DNA of 63,118 nt, the filler included, from Choristocarpus tenellus KU-1152 (lineage: Eukaryota > Protista > Phaeophyceae): the NCBI GenBank assembly GCA_964200185.2. It is 12 parts of 12 records of this genome, joined end to end, with 100 filler letters (N's around TTAATTAATTAA, not from the genome) between each part and the next. Parts side by side here need not be neighbours in the genome. Positions count along the whole stretch, not along the records: positions 55,028 to 59,870 come from CAXNAD020012831.1; positions 59,971 to 63,118 come from CAXNAD020021976.1; 10 more parts are not named here. One strand, given 5' to 3'. The notes under the pieces were generated by a model that saw nothing but the letters and a program-made list of their open reading frames with translations, ran no database searches and was not told where the DNA came from. Shown here piece by piece: positions 55,095-63,118 of the stretch. How positions within the stretch are numbered: the first letter of the stretch is position 1; every line of letters starts with the position of its first letter. Position numbers and translations under genes: made by a program.

Positions 55095-55559
55095 TGATTC
55101 AATACCATAATACCGATCCTCAACTTTCAATCTACCTAACCCTCTCACTCTGTATCTACTGACGCCACCATCACGGTTAATCATCTAGTTCCTGTGGTAT
55201 GATTCAGGTGCACCACCTGAGGATTGGAGGAATATTGTAGAAGTACAGGGAGTATGTCTTTGGTCTTCGATGTTGTGACCTATGGAAGTGTGCAACTGAA
55301 GTCTATGATGCCTACCCATTACTACTCTTGTTTTGACTTTATGATTGAGAAATGCACTCTCTCACGCGATGATTTATTAAAGGAGTGAGAAGACACACAA
55401 TGCGGGGCATTCTTTCAGATTTGTTTGTTAATCCACAATTGGTTTCATGCACACCCATGCCTCAATTCTTCTGCATCTCTGCAAGTGGTTAAATACAAAT
55501 TTAATCGCACCCGTGCAAACCTGTAGTCAACACTCCACTTTAACTTGACATCAGTGTAA

Positions 55560-56380
55560 TAAATGTGTGGGTATCATGTTCGTCATGGTGTTGTGCTGCT
55601 CACTTTGCCACTGCATACTCTTCTTTCCCTACTCCCTCTCAACCGACCTCTCCATCACCATATCCTCATGCTGCTTCCGGTAGAAAAAACGATCCTCCAT
55701 TGTACCCTTGAGCATATCCCTATCCATCTTGGAGTCCTGTTGCATCGTCTCCCTCTGGAACTCTGTCTCCTCCTGGTGGAGGTTCCATCTCTGTTGTAGT
55801 TCCTTCCCCTATCTCCCAGACAACAGGCATGTGTCCCGGGCCTTCTACCACTGGGTTGTGGCTACGGAGTTAAAGATAGCCTTCTTCATTGTTACTAATG
55901 GGGAGAGGGGACCGAGCTTGTGCTACCAGCATCAGGATCTGAACTGGCGACATTTGCTTTCCCTTTCCCCTTGTGTCCAGGCTTGGCAGATGCCTTGGGA
56001 GAAGCCTCCTCCACAATATTCTTTCGCCTCTTCATCTGCTTGGACTTTTCCTCTTTTGTGTTCTACACTACTCCTGATAGGCAAGTATGAGGTTCTCCAT
56101 GGTCCCACTCCTATGGACCAAGGTTGGTGTCCAATTGCTTATTCCTCTTTAAAAGGATACTAGGTTGGTTCTTCTCTAGCCTCACATCAGTGTTACCTCC
56201 TCGAATGCAAGAAGGCTCATGATGCATTTCATAACTCCTCCCACCTTCAACCAAGCTGCTGCTTATGGCGAACTTTCCATGGCTCCACAGCGTGAAGTTG
56301 CTGAGCCAAAATGAGATCAAAATGAGATCATGCTTGATGGTGGAGTTGAACCGTGACTGGCACTTTTTTTTTGGTATCAT
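55560..56380 (-). pseudogene. Decayed Myb/SANT-like ORF of a PIF/Harbinger-type element
   Basis: Correcting an 11-nt slippage (gatctcatttt x2) gives RFNSTIKHDLILAQQLHAVEPWKVRHKQQLG*RWEEL, typical of Harbinger-associated Myb-like N-termini. The charged coiled-coil 3' part is homologous to ~58050-58470. Confidence 0.55.
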
Positions 56381-56993
56381 GAGAAACAGATTAGATTAAC
56401 CCAGGCTGGGAGCAAAGGTGGTCGAAGGCCACCAACTATGTCTGACCTGGACAGGTCTAGCTATTAGTGTCGTCTACACTTTAATCGAACTCCAGATCAA
56501 CTACGATCAAAACACATGCTTCAGAACATGTGAAGGGAACCCATGAGGGGGTTCAAGGATTCAGGGGAGGGTCTGGTATTTGCATCCATTGTGGTGCTGT
56601 CAAGTAGAGTGGACAGTCCGTCTATGCCATTGTCACGAATTCACACCTTGCACTCCTTTTCCAGACCCCACTACTATATTTGAAATGAGCAATCGCTCTT
56701 CAATATACCTAAAATAGCTCTGTTTTACTATAATAGGGTACTTTCTGAGATACAACTTTCATGACAGAAATTATGTGGCTCCCGCCTCAACAAAGGGCTA
56801 ATCCAAATCAGTTTGGACAAGATTTTCAATGCATTTAATATCTAGTGAAATGTACCTGTCTCAACCAAATTTATACCTGTGTTTAGGGTTTTTGGAAAAA
56901 ATAGATTAGTAGGGTCTGGTGAAGGAGTGCATGGTGTATGTCATGATAAGAGCAGAGGTAGGTTGTCCAATCTCGGACACAGCCCCCTGACAG

Positions 56994-58432
56994 ATGCCAA
57001 TACCAGAGTCTCCCCCACATCCTTGGGCCCCCTCATGTGTTCAAAAACCTCATCCGGAGGAGAGGCGTTGGTTGCGAATGATCTGGAGTCCGTGGATGAA
57101 GCTCATTCTGTTGGAGGTTTCCCTCCTTATGGTAAAACGAGGAATCTTTGGTTCAACTTTCACGGCTGAGTATGAATCTTTGGTTCTGGCTTGTCGAGAT
57201 CATACTTCGATACGTTGGGAGGTCCCATACTTGAACGTGGAGTCAAAGTAAGTGAGAGGTACCCAGAGTGATATTTTAAGGATGTCAGGAAATTTTTCCA
57301 AAATGTTGCATTTTTACAATGTGTATAGAATATTTTCCGAATCGTGTAAAGCATTTCAAACAATGTCGAAATAAGTCCTCTCAAGACGAAGGAAGAACTT
57401 CATCCACACCAATTAATATGGGCGGATTACAAAAGATTGAAGAACTAGCCTATAATGGAAAACGTCCAAAAACTGGGTACCTTGTTTACTTTGGCTGATG
57501 GGACAAAGATGTGGAAGGAGTGCCTGAATCTTTCTGCCTTAAAGGAGGTCAACCTTGATGTGTAGGCACTCACAGGGAGACTTGATGTCCTCTTGAAGAG
57601 ATCAAAGTGATCGAATGACACCGTGTGCCATAGCGGTGGGACCACGTAGAACTTTGGTGATCTGGAGACATCCTATTCAAGATCAGGACTCGTGTGGATC
57701 AGGCAAGGGGGTCTAATTCAGAAGAGATGGAAAGGTGCAAGGATGCCCAGACTGAGAAAAGGACTTTGTGGAGTGTTCCTCCATAGGGTCGGGCAAGGCT
57801 AGATGAAAGATGTCTATGTGGAAGACAGATAGGGGAGAGGAAGCTGGAGGTGAGGGCAAAGGGGAAGGCAACTGTCGCCGCTTCAGCTACTGATGCTGTC
57901 AGCATCAGTTCAGTCTCCTCTTCCCTGGTATTTTTAAGGAAGAGGACTGTCCCCTCCTCTGTACCTGCAACCCAGAGGCTGGAGACCTAGTTAGAAGTCT
58001 TTTGTCTGGAAGCAGCGGAGTGGGTATAAAGCGAGAGGGGCTGGAACTGAAAGGAATTTACATCATGAGGAGTTGGACTTCCAGAGAGATATGATGCAGC
58101 AGGAGTCTAAGAGGCATAGGGATATGCTGGAGGATTCAAAAGAGCAACAGGATTTCTGCCACCAGCAGCATGAGGACAGGTTGAGGAAGAGGTTGAAGGA
58201 AAGGGAGGATAGGGAGAGAAATGAGAAGTTGGACAGGAGGAAGGATAGGTTTATGAAGTGGTAGGAGAGAGAGAAAGGACAAGTTGGACAGTGTGGGGAG
58301 GGAGAGAAGGGAGAATTTGAGCAAGGAACAGAGGTTAGGGGAGATGAAGGAGGGGTAGAAAGTGAGCAGCGGCATATTGAGGAGCACAAGACTATGATGA
58401 TCATAATGCAGGCTTTCATCAAAGGGAAAGTA
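56994..58432 (+). pseudogene. Second decayed Myb/SANT-like, coiled-coil-tailed ORF (inverted paralogous relic)
   Basis: RMIWSPWMKLILLEV..GIFGSTF is Myb/SANT-like. The 3' part DFQRDMMQQESKRHRDML..ERE..MMIIMQAFIKGK aligns at DNA level with the reverse complement of ~55520-55790. There are many stops. Confidence 0.5.
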
Positions 58433-59970
58433 AAATGTCAAGTTGAACCAAAGTGTTGACTAAAGGTTTTTCTGTTACTCTCGCACAAATTTCAGATACA
58501 CAGAATCAATAAATTGATTCTCATGTCTCTTTTCTCCATCTCCCAGGTACTGTGTGGTTGATACAACTTATTTTGTGCAAAATCTGACTTCACTTATCAA
58601 AAATGAAATCTCTATGGGTTGTTGTACGCCTGCACTACCCTAAGTGTCTCTATGCTATAAACAGAAGGCTAGTTCCTGAATACCTGGTTTCCTTTTTAAT
58701 TTTAGGCTTTCAATATGTATTATATAGTAATCCAAAGTACTAGTATTTCGAAAAGAAAATAATAGAGGCTGCCACATCAGAACGGGATATTATTTTTGTT
58801 TTTGTTGTGGATCATAATATAGTAATTCAATTTCTAATACTTGGCACTTGTATTCCTTCCCCTGGGATACCTTTCCTATCTACTATCTAGTATCAGTTGC
58901 TGTAGGCGAGAGAGACTGGGATGTCCCCAGGGTTAGGATTACATTGTTTTGTCTGCAGAATAGTATACACACTTGGCTCTCTTGGCGATGTTTCCCCTAC
59001 ACTAACGTACTCCACCCTTCTTGCCCAATATTTGTCTGAGGTGCTTCCTTTGCCCTTTTATTAGTACATCAGCCCATTATTTGGCCATAACGTGGATGAT
59101 ACCTCAGTCACATCATCTCACTGTTGCCCACTGACTGTGTGTTGTCTGGTTACTGATTGTCGCCTTTTTATTGCATTGAAACAGGTACGGAGGCTATTTG
59201 GTAATCCACGACAAACTGTCCACAGGTACATTGACTTCATTCTTGTTCTACACCATGACCATTGCGGGGGAGGTGAGTTTGTAGGGATTTATAGTGATGA
59301 CCAAGTGGACTTGGAGTCGTGATAAGTTTTTTTTTTTAATATTTGCAGTGAGAGCCTGTTGCTGCTGCTGTGGAGATGGTTACCACTAGTTGCAGTTTCA
59401 AAGGGTTGTGCTTGTAACGTACAACTTACAGCTTTATAGTCCTATTAATAATGCGTTGTGGTTTCAATTAGCTGTGGTTACAATAGCGTCGGTTACAGTT
59501 TTCGTTTGTGATTGTTATCAACTGTTACAGTCACAAATAGTTTGTGTTACGAACTTTACGAAATTGCTGTTAGGAAATATTGTGGGTTCTAACAGTTACG
59601 GTTGTAAAAGCTAGTATTACGGTCACTGGTACATGCTATTTTCTGGGGGTTAATGAATTTTCCGACAACAAAGACTTGCAATCATCGCATTATAGCTATG
59701 AGATATCGTAGTTTCGAACAGATACCGACTAGAACAGAAGTACAGCCACTCACATTTGCGACCTGGAACTTACTTCTTTTTTTTTCAACACTTAACACTG
59801 GTTCTTACAGAGTAATGGTAGTGGTGGGTCAAAGTATCTGAGGGGGGGGGGGGGGGGTGGGGGGGGGGGGNNNNNNNNNNNNNNNNNNNNNNNNNNNNNN
59901 NNNNNNNNNNNNNNTTAATTAATTAANNNNNNNNNNNNNNNNNNNNNNNNNNNNNNNNNNNNNNNNNNNN

Positions 59971-60035
59971 GACCGTTTTCGCAGAACAACCATCCTCATA
60001 GCCCCGCTCCATCCTCAATTTGAAAATCCTCTGTT
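59971..60035 (-). mobile_element. Family C repeat terminus (contig start)
   Basis: Its reverse complement matches 31989-32054. Confidence 0.7.
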
Positions 60036-60047
60036 CTCTAGCGTGAT

Positions 60048-60603
60048 ACCAGTCTTGATTTTTTTAAAGGTTGGGCAACAAGTTAAACGATGATCAGCTG
60101 CTCCCCCTCCCGGGGCGCAGGAGTAGGTAGATGGAAAGCACAGGAAGGTGGTAGTACAATATTGATAGCGGTGAAGTAACGGATAGATTAGTGGTTTTCA
60201 CATTTACAGTGTTTTATAGTGCTTTTATGACATTTATTTCTTTAGGGTTTATACTGACATATGTATAGTTTTCATTTGTTTTCCCCCTGACACATCTGCA
60301 AAATGTCAGAGGGCATAATAATAAAAAATATATCAGCATATCGAATGAAAGCTCTCGATCTAAGCAAGCTATCGATTTTTGGAAAGGAATTCGTTCGGAA
60401 GATTATTTTGTTAAGGTTAAAGGTTCACCGAAATGTTTTCGGCACAACCTTGAAAATGTTCTGGAATGAATTATCACGACCATTTTACATTTTGCCGAAA
60501 GAATCTCTTTCGGTAAATCGATAGCCTAGATCCAGAGCTTTCATTTGATATGCTGATTGTCGATTAACTTGTTGGGCAACCTTTAAAAAAAATCAAGATT
60601 GGT
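60048..60603. mobile_element. Long-TIR foldback element whose left arm is split by a 233-nt insertion
   Basis: accagtcttgatttttttaaaggttgggcaacaagttaa pairs with 60565-60603. atcagcatatcgaatgaaagctctcgatcta..gctatcgattt (60332 on) pairs with ~60515-60558. Confidence 0.8.
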
Positions 60604-60688
60604 CACCGCCAAAACGATAGGTGGGCTAACCCCGGCTTAATACTGTTTAAGCCACTCACAGGACACGATTCTGGTTGAGCGTCCTTGA

Positions 60689-60966
60689 GGATATTGCTTG
60701 ATACTTCCAAAGTACCAATGTGAATTGAACCCCATAGAGGTGGTCTGGGAGCGGGCGAAGAACCCTGTACGAGGCCACTGTAGCTATACGTTGCCTGGAA
60801 TGAAAGCCAACATTCCTGTCAGTCTTAATAAGGGGGGCCGTCCAGAGTAATTGTGGAGAGGTTCTTCAGGTTGAGGTTTGCTTACCACCTGATATATTCC
60901 AACGAGAAAGGCATGGAGTGCCTCAAATCGGACAGGGTGCGCAAGACATCTAAATCTCACAGGAGG
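60689..60966 (+). pseudogene. C-terminal relic of an IS630/Tc1/mariner-type (DDE_3-like) transposase
   Basis: GYCLILPKYQCELNPIEVVWERAKNPVRGHCSYTLPGMKANIPVSL, then after a frameshift IVERFFR..AY..VRKTSKSHRR. This matches the LPK.HCELNPIE..W / KYKSHRR pattern. Confidence 0.8.
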
Positions 60967-62504
60967 TCTGCACCTTCAGAATACCCCATGAGCGAGCCTT
61001 GGTCAGCAGGTGACAACATCGCATAAACGGGAAATAATGGAAAGAGAATGGAGAGAAAGCAACGCCCATGTTGTCCGGGTGAAGATGACCTCTTCAGGGA
61101 TCAAAATCATCCTTGAATGGGCGGTTCGCGCGCGCCATGTGGGACCCCGTACGAACTACTTGATTTAAGTATAGTCCTGTATTTGTCACGATTACTCCAA
61201 GTTGACCAACCGAGACCCTCCACATAAGGTTAACCATGTTGATGCGATTACAACAAACGAATTTTCACGAAATTTTTTTTGTTGATCAAAAGTTATGGCA
61301 CGACAAAGTTGATCCAGCAGGCGACTGCCAATACTGTAGATCTTCACACACATCACCTCGAAAAATGCGACCTGACTTTCATTTGTGAGTACTGATAGTA
61401 GCAGTGCAGCTTACTGGGTGCTGGCCATTGACTATGGGGCAACTCCACCCACCAGCCACCACTCTTGAGTCGTGCCAGTTTTTGATTAAATCCAGAGCAA
61501 AAAAATTGGTGACACACATTGTTGTTATTCTGTACCACTAACAGCTCCAATTTCAATGAACTGAAAACTACGATTTTGCCTCATAATTGTTGGCTCAACC
61601 ATTTTTTGGTGATAGTTGGTGCCTTGAAATAGGTGTGGTTAAAAAGCGTTGGAAATTGTACAAACTCCTAGGACGATTGTTTTGCTCACAATCAACCTAT
61701 TCCATTTATCTTGTGAAGCCTACACACACTACTATGAGCTATTTAAGAAGGTACCCCCCCCAAAAATAGAAAGGTCAATATTGCACTGACTTCAGTTGCA
61801 AAAAAAAATGTTCAGGAAAAGACTGGATTTTCTTCCTGCTTCTCATCTGCACAACCACACCTCACTGCAACCTACCTCTGCCTTGAAAAAAAAAAAGGTG
61901 CCTGCTTGGCTGTTGCAAGCCGACCAATCCTACACACATCAACACCAATTGCCCAATGCTCAACCGATCATAAGAGGCGAGAGGTGTGTTGTACATCTCT
62001 GAGCGGCAACAGAATACCAATCTATCTCTCTTTCAGCTCCCTGAACAATTTTTGCTGAAAAAGAAGCAAGTTTCATGGAAGCTGACATGAAACTTCATAG
62101 AAAAAACGAACGAAAGGCTTTCCATCCTCTCAGTCAAGCTCATTCCAACCACATAACAATGAAGTCCGTATTGTCAGCTACACGGACATATCTGTGACTC
62201 CACCTACTCCAACACCAGACCTGACAAAAACACCCTATACATACCTCTTTCAGTCAGAACCACAAACCAACAACCACCACGAGAGCAATCCAATCCATCA
62301 ATCACACCCTTACTGCATACATGCGGTATGCTGTATGTCTTATAGCACCAAAACGGAAGGCCCTGAGCCTTTCTTTACAGCTGCAGGAGCAGCACCTTCA
62401 CCTAAACAACACTGCAGCCAGGAGAAGTGTATGTTCCAGAGCAGGATCAAGAGACACTGCCACCAACAACTTCTCGTGCTACCCCCCTCCCCCCCAAAAA
62501 AAAA

Positions 62505-62730
62505 TCAACTCTCTCCACCACTAACTCCACTCCCACCATTCTCCCCTGCGCTTGCCCCTCCCCCACCTCCTGCCACTACTCCCAGTCCATTTTGGGGCCC
62601 TGTTGCTCCATCGGCAAAGAAGGCAGCAACCACCTTCTTAAGGATAGCCTCCTTACTGAGTCGCCTGTTCTCCGTAGTCTTGGCCACTGATGACCAAAGC
62701 TCTCCATGAGCAGGCTCTGCTGCAACACAC
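62505..62730 (-). CDS. PRP6: Terminal exon of pre-mRNA processing factor 6 (PRP6)
   Basis: cag|(R)CVAAEPAHGELWSSVAKTTENRRLSKEAILKKVV.. matches the PRPF6 C-terminus (RC..AEP.HGELW..V.K...N), followed by a Gly-rich tail and a stop. Confidence 0.85.
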
Positions 62731-63118
62731 CTGTTTTGCATTATCACTGTCAGTCAACCCATAAATAGTCAGGGGAGCCATCACCAACAAATGAAAAGTA
62801 CACCAACAAAACTCCAGTGTAGTATGATGAGGGCAATTCGTTAAAATCCATTGATTCGTCTGTACCCATACTCCACAAGACGTAAGCCACAGTTATCCAT
62901 ATCATCCTAATGGAACATACCATTTTCTCAGGAGGGGTGCCCATCATTCACACATGTACAAGCAGACACCTTCTCCCACACAAAAACTCTCCTTCTCCAA
63001 GTAACCTAATATTTCTCAGAAGAATCCCATTTGAGCCAACACACCAAGAATCACATGGCATAGGAAGATCTACCAAGGTCCCAAATACCCCCCCCACCCC
63101 CAACCACCCCCCCCCCCC

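Overview
This is eukaryotic, intron-rich genomic DNA, most likely from a stramenopile. The H3 sequence '[10 protein letters not shown]', TTAGGG tracts and long GT-AG introns suggest an ochrophyte or brown-algal lineage (inference). The window is not one locus. It is 12 contigs joined by artificial 100-nt spacers (N44-TTAATTAATTAA-N44), so adjacency across spacers carries no meaning. Genes I could reconstruct by hand: a large exon of a zf-MYND plus right-handed beta-helix protein, head-to-head with a complete 6-exon VTI1-like Qb-SNARE; an intronless divergent histone H3/H4 pair; 3' exons of an anoctamin (TMEM16), a P4-ATPase flippase, an ApaG-domain (SKIP16/FBXO3-like) protein and PRP6; and two unidentified multi-exon fragments. 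The rest is mostly transposon-derived: two copies of a decayed CRE-like LINE, Tc1/mariner-type transposase relics, a decayed PIF/Harbinger-like element and at least three MITE families. The most notable observations are: (1) 6-bp-stem/4-nt-loop histone 3' hairpins with a compensatory change behind both H3 and H4, each followed by a purine-rich tract; (2) a VTI1 with no transmembrane anchor; (3) an anoctamin missing two canonical Ca2+-binding glutamates; (4) a MITE system with mixed 3- and 4-bp target duplications and a subfamily carrying TTAGGG repeats in both termini. There is no CRISPR array, rRNA, tRNA or prokaryotic operon, and I cannot claim a wholly new multi-gene system.
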